Below are positions 1-8,822 of a DNA stretch of 25,881 bases, in pieces (positions within the stretch are counted from its first letter, which is position 1; the number at the start of each line of letters is the position of its first letter). The notes beneath the pieces are model-generated. The model was not told where the DNA came from. It was given only the letters and a program-made list of their open reading frames with translations, and made no database searches. The translations under genes and the position numbers were made by a program. The DNA is from a virus. Lineage: Duplodnaviria > Caudoviricetes. The DNA lies in the IMG/VR virus record IMGVR_UViG_3300030677_000019, positions 1 to 25,881 of that record. The stretch is one strand, 5' to 3'.

Positions 1-226
1 GGGCTCGACGGTTGGTGAAGTACAGGTTGAACTGCCCTTCGTTAAGCTGGTCGGTCGTGGCGTTCGCCAGGCCATTGTTGGCCGCTGCCGCTTCAGCCGC
101 CTTCTGCGCCGCTTCCGCCGCCGCCTGTGCCGCAGCCGCCGACGCGTTGGCCGTGCTGATGCCGCTGTTGTTGACCAGCGCACGCTTGCCGGCGCTGCCG
201 ACGATGGGAACGCGCATGTTCGTCAT
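1..226 (-). CDS. Tail fibre/spike protein, N-terminal part (runs off window)
   Basis: Not in the ORF track. Hand translation from ATG at 226 (ATGA overlap with upstream stop): MTNMRVPIVGSAGKRALVNNSGISTANASAAAAQAAAEAAQKAAEAAAANNGLANATTDQLNEGQFNLYFTNRRA. An Ala-rich coiled coil is followed by a TTDxLxEGxxNLYF/YT motif recalled from phage tail fibres, and the gene follows the ejection genes. Confidence 0.65.
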   Translation of the reverse strand, partial: MTNMRVPIVGSAGKRALVNNSGISTANASAAAAQAAAEAAQKAAEAAAANNGLANATTDQLNEGQFNLYFTNRRA

Positions 227-2814
227 GAACCGGCACTCAGAAGGGATTCAAGACGGTCATGCTGGGCGGGCGTGAGTTTATTCTCATTGCGCCGCACCGA
301 GTCCATCACGTGCTTCATCATCGTCTCGCGCGCCACCGGGTTGGTCATCTCTTTGACGGCATCCATCCGCTGGTCGAGCGACAGCGTTTTGTAGGAACTG
401 AGTGGAACCTGTTCGCGCAGGCCGGGAACGCCGGTCTTGATCGCATCTACGAAGCCTTCAGGCTTGCGCTTGAACACCTTCTCTGGGTCCGATGCTTTGG
501 CGTAGTGCTGCAGATCTGGTGGCAAGACGGCATCGCGCACTTGTTCCCCGGCGAACTTGCTGGCGCTGCTGTAATCCTTGAGGCCTTCAGCAATCCGTCC
601 AGGCGCATCGAAGAAGGGCACTTCGCCTACCAGACCCTTCGCTGCGGCGAACATGCCAGCACCGGCGGTGCCTTCGCCCTTCTTCTTGCTCTCCACGATG
701 TGCCGTACCGTCGCGCCCATCTGCAGCATCTCTAGGGCCGGGTTGTGCACGAGGTATTTCGGGATGTTGACCCCGAACAGCTTCATGCCGCCGGGCTCCG
801 GAGCATCCTTCTGCTGCTTGTCGCCGGGCTGGTAGTAGCCGCCGACCTGGTTCGCGCCGTAGTAGCCCATGGCCAGCAGCGCCGCGCCGATGGTCTGCTT
901 CTTGAGATTGCGCATGATGTAGTCGGCCTGATCGGGTGTCAGATTCTTCAGCCCCTTGGAGGCGATCACCTGGCCGAGAGCCTTCGCACCACCGCCGGCA
1001 TAACTTCCCGCTTCCGCCACGAAGTTGGTCGGAATCTTCACGATCGGCAGGATGTACTCCAGCGTTTTCCCCGCCGCCTTGCCTGCGCCGCCGGAACGGT
1101 TCAGATGGCCGATCATCATGCGGTAGGCGGTGACGGCAGCGTTGTCGTTCATGAAGATGGCGCGCTGGCTGTCCTCGTAGGCCTTGGCGCCGAGCATGGC
1201 CTGCGTGGCCGGCGACTGCATCTGCTTATCGACCTCGGCCGGACTCTTCCCCTCGGCCGTCAGTTGCTTGCGTAAGGCCGCCCCGCGAAGCTCAACCGAG
1301 CGATAGAACTCGTTGCGCTTGGCTGGGGTCTTCAGCGCGCCATGCACTTGTCCCACCAGATCCATCAGCTTGTAGTGGTGATCCTTGTCCTTGCCGTAAA
1401 GCACGTCGTTCGTCCCAGCCCCGTGGACGGCCGTCTTGTACATTTCCTTGAGCGTGGCAGCCGAGAAGGTCTTGCGGGCCGCCTGCGCCTCCGCACGAAG
1501 GCTAAGACCCGCTCCCTCGCGTGGCGCCATGTCCGCAATGCTGCGAATGCCGGGAATCTGGCGTAGAACGCTGCCGACACCCTCTTCCAGCGGCGTAGAG
1601 AGAGTGCGCAAGGTGGCGGCACTGGTCAGCTTGCCGAGCGTATGGAACGACGACAGGATGATGGCGCGGCGGAAAGCCAGCAGGCGATCGGCCAAGCGGG
1701 CCGGCAACGACTGGTTGTTGCGCTCAAGCGTGCGGATGGCCTTGTCGGCTTTGGCGCGCAGTGCATCGCGCTGTGACTGCAGTTCCAGCGTTCCCTCGTC
1801 GTACTGCGGCTTGGCCTTCACCGGCTTGCTGAAGTCGCCCGTGTCGAGCTTGTGCTGCAGGTCGGCCATCTGCTTGGTCAGGTCGGCGCGGCGCGTGGCA
1901 TTGCGCACCTCTTCGGGAGACTTCTTCGGCGGTGGCTCGGGCTTCGCTTCCTTCGGTGTGATCGCGTCCAGATCGTCTTTTGCCTTGGCCAGGCGCTGAC
2001 GCAGCGCGGTGACTTCGGCCGTATCCACGGTGGCCTTCTTGGCTCGTGGACCGGTATCACCTGCGGCAATGCGTGCATTCACCTCGTCAATCTGCTTTTG
2101 CAGCCTCGAGCGTGCCGTGTTTTCTTGCCGATCACTCTTACCCATATCCGCATACCGCTGCGCTAGCTTGTCACGCTGAGCACGTATGGCCTGCGTCTCT
2201 TCGGTCCACTTGGGAGAAGGCTTATCCGGCTTGCTCATATCTCGCGCGTCAATGCGCTTGGTCAGAGCGTCGATCTGATTCTTCATGGCCGTCTGTGCAG
2301 CCTTGTTCTTCGCCTCGTTTGGATCCACGGGGCGCGTGGCTGGCGGCGAAGGTTCCATCAACTCAAGCTTTCCCTTGAGCGCATCGCGCTGTTGCTTCAG
2401 CGCCGTGATTTCCGGCGACTCCACAGAGAATTTATCGGGCTTCGACGTATCCCGCGCAGCAATACGTTGGTTGAGATCGTCGATTTCCTTCTTCAGCGCG
2501 TTCTGTCGAGCGGTGACCTTGGCCTGTTCCGGCGTCGGTGGGATGGCCTTTTCCGAGCTGACTTGCTTGGTGCGAAGTTCGGCTTTGATGGCCTCCAATC
2601 GCGTCTGCATCTCACTTTTTGTCTGCTTACGCACCTCTCCGATGCCAGCAATGATGTCGGCGATCTCGGATTTCCATAGCGGCGTGTGAGCATGGATTTC
2701 CTCATGGATTGAATCAATCAGATCGGCCGCATCTTTCACTCCGGCATCCACGCGGTTTTTAGCCATCGCGCGAATGATCTTTTTGACTTCCGGCGTCGCC
2801 TCGCAGCCACTCAT
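223..2814 (-). CDS. Large internal virion/ejection (polyvalent-type) protein, 863 aa
   Basis: Long ORF, likely start ATG 2814 (ATGA overlap). It has four charged helical repeats, then a helical membrane-like region with PIVKIPTNF, resembling the PFxxxPxN motif of large podophage internal proteins. It is the last gene of the ejection cassette. Confidence 0.7.
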   Translation of the reverse strand: MSGCEATPEVKKIIRAMAKNRVDAGVKDAADLIDSIHEEIHAHTPLWKSEIADIIAGIGEVRKQTKSEMQTRLEAIKAELRTKQVSSEKAIPPTPEQAKVTARQNALKKEIDDLNQRIAARDTSKPDKFSVESPEITALKQQRDALKGKLELMEPSPPATRPVDPNEAKNKAAQTAMKNQIDALTKRIDARDMSKPDKPSPKWTEETQAIRAQRDKLAQRYADMGKSDRQENTARSRLQKQIDEVNARIAAGDTGPRAKKATVDTAEVTALRQRLAKAKDDLDAITPKEAKPEPPPKKSPEEVRNATRRADLTKQMADLQHKLDTGDFSKPVKAKPQYDEGTLELQSQRDALRAKADKAIRTLERNNQSLPARLADRLLAFRRAIILSSFHTLGKLTSAATLRTLSTPLEEGVGSVLRQIPGIRSIADMAPREGAGLSLRAEAQAARKTFSAATLKEMYKTAVHGAGTNDVLYGKDKDHHYKLMDLVGQVHGALKTPAKRNEFYRSVELRGAALRKQLTAEGKSPAEVDKQMQSPATQAMLGAKAYEDSQRAIFMNDNAAVTAYRMMIGHLNRSGGAGKAAGKTLEYILPIVKIPTNFVAEAGSYAGGGAKALGQVIASKGLKNLTPDQADYIMRNLKKQTIGAALLAMGYYGANQVGGYYQPGDKQQKDAPEPGGMKLFGVNIPKYLVHNPALEMLQMGATVRHIVESKKKGEGTAGAGMFAAAKGLVGEVPFFDAPGRIAEGLKDYSSASKFAGEQVRDAVLPPDLQHYAKASDPEKVFKRKPEGFVDAIKTGVPGLREQVPLSSYKTLSLDQRMDAVKEMTNPVARETMMKHVMDSVRRNENKLTPAQHDRLESLLSAGS
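1720..2545 (-). repeat. Four degenerate ~60-70 aa coiled-coil repeats inside the 863-aa protein
   Basis: Cores: LKKEIDDLNQRIAARDTSKPDK, MKNQIDALTKRIDARDMSKPDK, LQKQIDEVNARIAAGDTGPRAK and LTKQMADLQHKLDTGDFSKPVK. Three are followed by QRD (QQRDAL, AQRDKL, SQRDAL). Confidence 0.8.
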
Positions 2815-5800
2815 ACAACGCACCCCGGCTCGAGTTGATCCTTCTGGGCGATCAGTTTGAGTTGCGCGCTCAGATCCTTGAAATGCTGGTCAGCGGTCTT
2901 TCGAGCGCCACCTGTCACGCCCGACTTGCGCTGAGCCTTCGTCTTCTGCAACTCGGCGATCTGCGCATCCTTTTCCTCGATCATCTTCGATAGGCGCTCA
3001 ATCTGCCCACGCTCGGCCGGCGTCAGGTCACGTCCAGCGGCGGCCTTGGCCTGGGTGAGCAGGTCGGCCATGGAATAGTCCTCACGGCTCATCATGCGGC
3101 GTGCAGCCAGACCGAAGCCCTGTTCGTAGCCCGAGGCCTTGCTGGCCTGATCGTTGGCTTCCAGTGCGTCCTCTACCGTGCGCAGCTTGGCGCGGGCGAC
3201 GGCCTCGGCATTCACATCCTTGTCATCGACCGCCTGAGCGATGTCAGCATTGGCGTCACGAAAGCTGTTCTTCAGGCGCATGCGGTCCTGGATCAGCGTG
3301 GCCGATTCCTCGGCACTCAGGGGACGAGGCTTCTCGTTGATCGTGCGTGCGAGGTCTTGGCCAGCGCCCGGATCGTCTTCCAGCTTCTTGGATGCCGTAT
3401 CCCACGCCTCGCCGAAGGTGCGCTTTCCCTCGTAGTCCACCTCATCCTTTCCCTTCAGCGCACGCTCTTCCGCAACGGTGGCGTGCTTGATGCCGGTGGT
3501 TTCCGGCGTGGGCTCGGAACGGGCTACGCGATCGGCGGTGGGCTCAGGTTCGGCTGATCGCTGGTCGGCAGGGGTTGAATCGACGGCGTCGGAATCGGCG
3601 CCTGATACCCGTGCTTGTGCGGACCCATTTCCATGATCGCCGGCAGTCCCCGCAACCGGCGGTTCAGCGCTGCGTGCACTATGTGATTGAAGCTCGGCGC
3701 TTTCGGTGTTCGCATGGTCGGTGTCCGGTTTCCCCAGAGCCCAGAGCTTACGCGCCTTTTCGGACGCTGTCCCGGTCATGGCAGCAATGATGTCTTTCGG
3801 GTCGGCGCCAGCATCCACGGCCTTGTCCACCAGGTCGGCAATGGACATCACGTCGGCCTGATGTTCCGGCGCCACGTCCAGACCCAGCGAGTCCATGGCG
3901 GTCGATCGATCTTCCGGTGCCATGGCGGCTGTCGCTTGGCGGCTTTGCTGAAGTTCCACGTGAAACGGATCGTTGTCGCCGGTCAGGCTGATCTGGTGCG
4001 GGTGGAAGGCTACCCAGGCGTTCTGGTCGGGCAAATGGATGCCGTCGTAGCCCTGCGCTTCCAGATGGGCGCGCACCTGTCGCGCTTGGTCGGGTGTCTC
4101 GATCGCCTGTGCCTCGTCCAACGGCATCTCGTAGGGCTTCTTGATGTCGAGTTGCGCCTGCATCACGCGCTCATCGGCCGGTCGTCCCTCGCTGGCATTG
4201 CGCGCATACCCCTCGGCGCTGGCACGGTCTGGCGTGAAGAAGTGGCCCAGCGGCGAGGTCGCGTGCGCGGTGGACTCGCCCGAACGGTCCTCGAACTGGT
4301 CGAAGTCGTTGGCGGTGCCATGGTAGACGGTCAGCGGCTTGCCCTTGTCGTCGGTGACCTTGCTGGCGTTCGGGTCTAGCAGATGCTCCACACCGTCGTC
4401 CACATAGGGCTTGGTGTCGAGGTTCGGCGAGATGTCGGATGCGCCAGCACCCTCGGTCTCGGCCTTGTCCAGATAGGGCTGAAGCGCCTCATTGAAGGCG
4501 TCGTGAGTAACCCCGTACTTTTCCTTGAGGTAGGTCTCCTCGTAGGTGTTCGCGTTGACGTTGTGCGCGTCGGCGTAGTCCTTGCCCTGATCGAGCTGGG
4601 TTTTCTCCGGCGCCTCGTGGGCATTGGCGATCACGTCATGCGCGTCCACCTTGACCACTGTGCCGTCCGGCTTGGGCACGTCGATGAACTGCGGGATGCG
4701 CTTGTCGATGAAATTGACGCTGTTGTCCTTGGAGCCGCCACCGCCAAGAGGGACGCTGGTGGTGGCATCGATCGGGGTAGCGGGGTGCAGCGGAACCTCA
4801 GCGTCAGGATCGGCCTTGACCATGGCATCAGCCGCCGCTGTATGCGCCGCGACATCAGCCGGTGCAAGACCGGCCTCGGCGGCATTCTTGGCGACCAAGC
4901 TGGCTGCGGTCGATCCCCCACCCACATTCGCGCTGGCATCCTTGGCCGCTTGCTGCGCTTGCGCTTGTGGCGGGGTGACGGGCGCCGGCTCCGCTTCGGG
5001 TAATGGCGTCGGCTTGGCCTCGCCACCACCAGGAAGCAGCCCGAGTGCCGCTGCGGTAGCCGCACTGGTCACGTAATCGGCTGGCGTGGAGCGCTGGCCC
5101 GTCGTCAGGTCACTGAGCGCGCGTCCACCCACACCGGATGCCGCGCCGACCAGTGGACGGGCAAGGTAGGGGAGGCCATGGCCCATAGGGAGAAGGTTCG
5201 CGTCGGTGTCTGCCAGCGCCATGCTTGCGAGTTGGGCGTTGCTGACCGGCTGACCGTTGGCATCCATCGCTGCGGCCTGTGCGCCAGAACCCGTCGTCCC
5301 CAAGACGGCCGCCGTGCGCAGCGCAGGGCTGGTCATGGCGTTGGCGATCATGCCGCCGGCGGTAGGTGCCGCTTCCACCACCGGAGCCACTTCACCCGCG
5401 CCGCCCGCCGCCATCGCGGTGGCAATCGACCCGCCCAAGTTGCCGACCATCTGGATCACATCGGACCCGATCCCTGCGCTGGCTGGCGCTGCCAGTTGTG
5501 GGTTGGTGGCCACGGCCGGTGCAATCGCGTTTTGGGTGAAATCCTGGCTCAACGTGCCGTGACCGCCCAGTGCATTGATCGTCGCGTCAGCCGGGGCAAG
5601 GAACACCCGTCGGACGCCTTCGTTGAGTCCGGTGGCGGCGGTATTGACCGACTTCGCCAAGCCGCGCGTGAGAGGGTTGTCGATCAGGTATCCGGCACCC
5701 GTGCCATAGGGCACGGTACCGGTAGCGCCCAGCGCCGCCTTGATCTTGTCACCGAGTGATGGCGGTGCATCGGGCGTGAACTGCGACCAATCAACCGCCG

Positions 5801-5861
5801 CCGCTGGCGCAGCATCTGGCACCGGCGTGTCAGGCGTGAACTGGCTCCAATCCGTTGCCAT
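2811..5861 (-). CDS. Large internal virion/ejection polyvalent protein with ART-PolyVal-like ADP-ribosyltransferase domain, 1016 aa
   Basis: N-terminal DWSQFTPD occurs twice and is followed by Gly/Ala-rich amphipathic segments. An HEAPE...YADAH module precedes SKVTDDKGKPLTVYHGT...GHFFT...AEGYA...LDIKKPY...GYDGI...WVAFHPHQI, the ART-PolyVal signature. The C-terminus is coiled coil. Confidence 0.8.
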   Translation of the reverse strand: MATDWSQFTPDTPVPDAAPAAAVDWSQFTPDAPPSLGDKIKAALGATGTVPYGTGAGYLIDNPLTRGLAKSVNTAATGLNEGVRRVFLAPADATINALGGHGTLSQDFTQNAIAPAVATNPQLAAPASAGIGSDVIQMVGNLGGSIATAMAAGGAGEVAPVVEAAPTAGGMIANAMTSPALRTAAVLGTTGSGAQAAAMDANGQPVSNAQLASMALADTDANLLPMGHGLPYLARPLVGAASGVGGRALSDLTTGQRSTPADYVTSAATAAALGLLPGGGEAKPTPLPEAEPAPVTPPQAQAQQAAKDASANVGGGSTAASLVAKNAAEAGLAPADVAAHTAAADAMVKADPDAEVPLHPATPIDATTSVPLGGGGSKDNSVNFIDKRIPQFIDVPKPDGTVVKVDAHDVIANAHEAPEKTQLDQGKDYADAHNVNANTYEETYLKEKYGVTHDAFNEALQPYLDKAETEGAGASDISPNLDTKPYVDDGVEHLLDPNASKVTDDKGKPLTVYHGTANDFDQFEDRSGESTAHATSPLGHFFTPDRASAEGYARNASEGRPADERVMQAQLDIKKPYEMPLDEAQAIETPDQARQVRAHLEAQGYDGIHLPDQNAWVAFHPHQISLTGDNDPFHVELQQSRQATAAMAPEDRSTAMDSLGLDVAPEHQADVMSIADLVDKAVDAGADPKDIIAAMTGTASEKARKLWALGKPDTDHANTESAELQSHSARSAEPPVAGTAGDHGNGSAQARVSGADSDAVDSTPADQRSAEPEPTADRVARSEPTPETTGIKHATVAEERALKGKDEVDYEGKRTFGEAWDTASKKLEDDPGAGQDLARTINEKPRPLSAEESATLIQDRMRLKNSFRDANADIAQAVDDKDVNAEAVARAKLRTVEDALEANDQASKASGYEQGFGLAARRMMSREDYSMADLLTQAKAAAGRDLTPAERGQIERLSKMIEEKDAQIAELQKTKAQRKSGVTGGARKTADQHFKDLSAQLKLIAQKDQLEPGCVV

Positions 5862-7078
5862 CAGCTCACCGGTACCGGAATGCCGTTCTTGACGATGTAC
5901 TTCTGATTGCCTTTCTTGAGCGGCGTGCCTTCGGGATACGGGCTACCCGGCGCTTTGATCGGCGGTGGCAGGCCGGCAGGGAGGACAGCAGGACCAGCCG
6001 CCGGTGGCGTGTAATCACCTTGCGGTGACACACCCGGCGGTAATGCGGTCGGCGCTCCACCCATGGCAGCGGCAATGCCGGTCGGTGCAGCGGGTGCCGG
6101 CGCGCCACCCATGGCACCAGCGATCGGATTCGATGCTGGCACTTGAATGCCGGTGATGGGGTTGGCGTTCTGCGGCGGCGGCGCACCCGGCGTGCCAATG
6201 GCCGAGCGGTGCAGCGCGGAGAACTTCTGCAGCGCATAGTCGGTGTTGGACATCTTCGGGTCGATCGCCTTCTGCTGGGCCTGCCATGCCATGAAGGCCT
6301 GCGCCTTCAACGGATCAGGCTTGCCGGTGACCGGATCGGTCGCTCCAATCATGGCCAAGTCGTTCGCGGTCGGGGCGCGCGTGTTGCCGGCACCGGAAAG
6401 ATGGGTGACCGGCTGTCCATTGAGGCTCAGTGGAGCTACTTCGCCGGTCAGCTTGTTCACGCGGATCTGATTGCCGCTGCCATCGCTGGTGACCTCCCAA
6501 TTCGCGGCTTTGTCGGTGCCGATGCCGGCCATAGCACGCTTCGCTTCAGCCGCATTCTTTCCGGCTCCCGCGTTCGCCTCGTTGGCGTCGGCCATGGCTT
6601 TGGCGATGTCCGCGCTGCCTACCGCCGTCGGTGCGATGTTCTGGCTATCGGGCGTCATGCTGGGGTTCAAGGCGACACCGCCGCTGACCTCGGTGAGCTT
6701 CTGTGGCTCGCCGTGCATCACCGCCAGGATGTTGTTGATCTTGTTTTGGTCGGGATCGGCGCCTGTTGCGAGCGCCATCGCGTTGTTGCCCCATCCGATG
6801 TTTTGTTCCGTCTTGGCGCCGCCGGCCTGCTCCTGGTAGTTGGTGCCGCTTTGCGCCATCGCCGCAGCGACAATGCCCTGCGCAGCGGGGTCACCAGACT
6901 GGGCCCGCTGCATGACATCCGGGGTCATTGCCGCCAGCGCGAGCTGCTTGTTTCGCGTGGCGCGCGCCTGCTCCAACAGGTTGCCCTGCTGAATACCCTG
7001 CGTCACGCCGGTATTGAACGACTGGTTGGGGTTATTGCCCAACGCCGCGCCGAGTGTCTGCCATCCGTTCATCGCCAT
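5861..7078 (-). CDS. Internal virion/DNA ejection protein, 405 aa
   Basis: Ala/Gly/Gln/Pro-rich ORF starting GWQTLGAALG and ending in a short YPEGT...YIVKNG beta motif typical of podophage ejection proteins. It sits in the ejection cassette with a TGATG overlap. Confidence 0.65.
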   Translation of the reverse strand: MAMNGWQTLGAALGNNPNQSFNTGVTQGIQQGNLLEQARATRNKQLALAAMTPDVMQRAQSGDPAAQGIVAAAMAQSGTNYQEQAGGAKTEQNIGWGNNAMALATGADPDQNKINNILAVMHGEPQKLTEVSGGVALNPSMTPDSQNIAPTAVGSADIAKAMADANEANAGAGKNAAEAKRAMAGIGTDKAANWEVTSDGSGNQIRVNKLTGEVAPLSLNGQPVTHLSGAGNTRAPTANDLAMIGATDPVTGKPDPLKAQAFMAWQAQQKAIDPKMSNTDYALQKFSALHRSAIGTPGAPPPQNANPITGIQVPASNPIAGAMGGAPAPAAPTGIAAAMGGAPTALPPGVSPQGDYTPPAAGPAVLPAGLPPPIKAPGSPYPEGTPLKKGNQKYIVKNGIPVPVS

Positions 7079-7090
7079 TGCGGTGACCCC

Positions 7091-7768
7091 TTAAGTGAAA
7101 TTGGGCATATTCATGGTGTAGCCGCCACCGACCGACGTAGGCGTGCTGCCGACACTCGATCCGATGCCCTGACCATCCCCGGCGGTGATGGCATTGGCGG
7201 TGCCGCCGTTCGCGGCCGACGCTTTCGCGTAGGCGCCCAGTACATCAGACAGGCCGCCGATCCACGGGTTGGGCTGCTCCGATTGCGCCTTGAGCTGCGC
7301 GAGGTAGGCGTCGGCCTTGGAGTTCTGCTGGATCTGGCCAATCTGCGAGCCATAGGCCAGCGTGTCGCCGGTCTCGGCTTGGCGCTGCATCTGCGGGGCG
7401 TCGATCTGCGACATGAGGTTCGCGTTGCCCTGGCCGTAGGTGCTGATGCCCGTGGCAGCGGCTTGTGCGGCCTGCTTGTACGCTGCTGACGTGTTGCCCA
7501 CTTGGTTCAGTGGCGCATTCGCATTCGATTCGTTCGCAGCCAGCGCCGCATTGAACTTGCCCAGCGCCGCGGCCTGATAAGGCTGTGCGGTCGAATTCTG
7601 GAACTGGCTGATGACTTTCTGCGTGGCCGTGTTCGACTGCTTGTTCAGCTGTGCCTGCTGAATCTGCCCGGCAGCCAGATCGTCGTTTTGTGCATTGGCG
7701 GTCTGGTGCTGGTTGTACATCGCCAGACCAGCGGACACCAGCGCGGCGCCTGCGACCCAAAAGCTCAT
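7091..7768 (-). CDS. Small ejection (pilot) protein, 225 aa
   Basis: Hydrophobic N-terminus MSFWVAGAALVSAGLAMY followed by a Gln/Ala/Asn-rich helix, as in P22 gp7 or T7 gp14-like proteins. ATGA-coupled. Confidence 0.65.
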   Translation of the reverse strand: MSFWVAGAALVSAGLAMYNQHQTANAQNDDLAAGQIQQAQLNKQSNTATQKVISQFQNSTAQPYQAAALGKFNAALAANESNANAPLNQVGNTSAAYKQAAQAAATGISTYGQGNANLMSQIDAPQMQRQAETGDTLAYGSQIGQIQQNSKADAYLAQLKAQSEQPNPWIGGLSDVLGAYAKASAANGGTANAITAGDGQGIGSSVGSTPTSVGGGYTMNMPNFT

Positions 7769-8187
7769 GGCGGCGTCTCCTGATCGATCGCGGGCAACGG
7801 GTCGGCCGTGGTGAGCATCGCCTCAAGCTTGGCGATGTCGGTCTCCTCGGTCGGGTGGATGGTCGCGAAGAAGGTGTCAGAGTGCGCCAGGCCGGCCTTC
7901 TTGACGCCCTTCTTGGAGAACAGGATGTGGAATCCGGTGTAGCGCTGGGTTTCCTCATTCTCGGACGCCAAGATGGACAGGTCGCCCGCACAGATTGCCA
8001 GATGGTCGGTGGTGTGCACGGCGCCAGTCAGGCAATGCCCCTCGCGGATCAGCATGGCGCGCACGTACACCCCTGGCGCGAAGAAGTGCGCCACCGGAAA
8101 ATCCGCTTGCGGGAGTGTCTGCAGTTCCTTCTGGATCTCCATGATCCGATCCATCGGCAGGGCGCGAAGTGGTGTGACGTTGCTCAT
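7765..8187 (-). CDS. Cupin-like (double-stranded beta-helix) phage protein, 140 aa
   Basis: HFFAPGVYVRAMLIREGHCLTGAVHTTDH...GDLSI...GVKKAGLAHSDTFFATIH: beta-strand pattern with an HxxxH metal-type motif. ATGA overlaps at both ends. Confidence 0.65.
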   Translation of the reverse strand: MSNVTPLRALPMDRIMEIQKELQTLPQADFPVAHFFAPGVYVRAMLIREGHCLTGAVHTTDHLAICAGDLSILASENEETQRYTGFHILFSKKGVKKAGLAHSDTFFATIHPTEETDIAKLEAMLTTADPLPAIDQETPP

Positions 8188-8819
8188 ATCGTGCTACTCG
8201 CTGCCGCGCTGCCGCCGGATCCGAAGCTGCCGGCCACAGGCGCGTAAGCCGTGCCATAGCCGTACAGCTGGCCTTGTCGGGCCGCTGCGGCGTTCGTGCT
8301 GTTGGTGTAGATCTGGCCGAAGTCACCGAACGCGTTGCCGATGGTGTTGGCCGTGGCATTGGCTTGCGCGTTCTTCAGGTTCGACTGCAGCGCGCTGGTG
8401 GCGTCCTGCGCGCCGGCCGTGCCATTGAGGCCACCCTGCGCCATTGCCAGCAGGTTCGACTGAGTGTTCTGGTCAGCCGCCTGCAGCGAGGCAGAGGCGG
8501 CCTGTCCGCGCTGGGAAGCGTCCAGCACGCCGGTCGTGTAGTCCTTGCCGGCCTGGGTCGCCTCATCGGTCGCCACGCTTCCGCCGGTCTGTCCGCCGCG
8601 CGCCAGCGCGAAGGTCAGGTTGCGATTGTTGACCTGCTGCTGCTGGTTCAGCTGGTTCATGTAGTACTGCGTGGTCGCCGTGCCCAGCTGGTTGTATTCG
8701 GCGGTGCGCTGCGGCGAGGCAAACAGATTGTTGATCTGCGTGGTCGCGGCGGCCTCGCTGGCCTGCTGCTGCTGCGTGTTGGCTTCGGCGGCTTTCGCTG
8801 CGCTTGTCGACGATCCCAT
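8184..8819 (-). CDS. Internal virion/ejection protein, 211 aa
   Basis: MGSS start, Gln/Ala-rich helical sequence and an FALARGGQTGGS motif typical of podophage pilot proteins. It directly follows the GNAT-like gene. Confidence 0.65.
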   Translation of the reverse strand: MGSSTSAAKAAEANTQQQQASEAAATTQINNLFASPQRTAEYNQLGTATTQYYMNQLNQQQQVNNRNLTFALARGGQTGGSVATDEATQAGKDYTTGVLDASQRGQAASASLQAADQNTQSNLLAMAQGGLNGTAGAQDATSALQSNLKNAQANATANTIGNAFGDFGQIYTNSTNAAAARQGQLYGYGTAYAPVAGSFGSGGSAAASSTI

Positions 8820-8822
8820 CGG

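Noticed and set aside
79-145. GCC-rich repeats near the left end
   Set aside because: They simply encode the Ala-rich coiled coil of the tail fibre N-terminus.
6143-7489. 448-aa plus-strand ORF and the many other long plus-strand ORFs (e.g. 8274-9365, 14731-15678, 20520-21428)
   Set aside because: They are antisense shadows of well-supported minus-strand genes in GC-rich DNA, with Arg/Gly/Val-biased sequence and no motifs.
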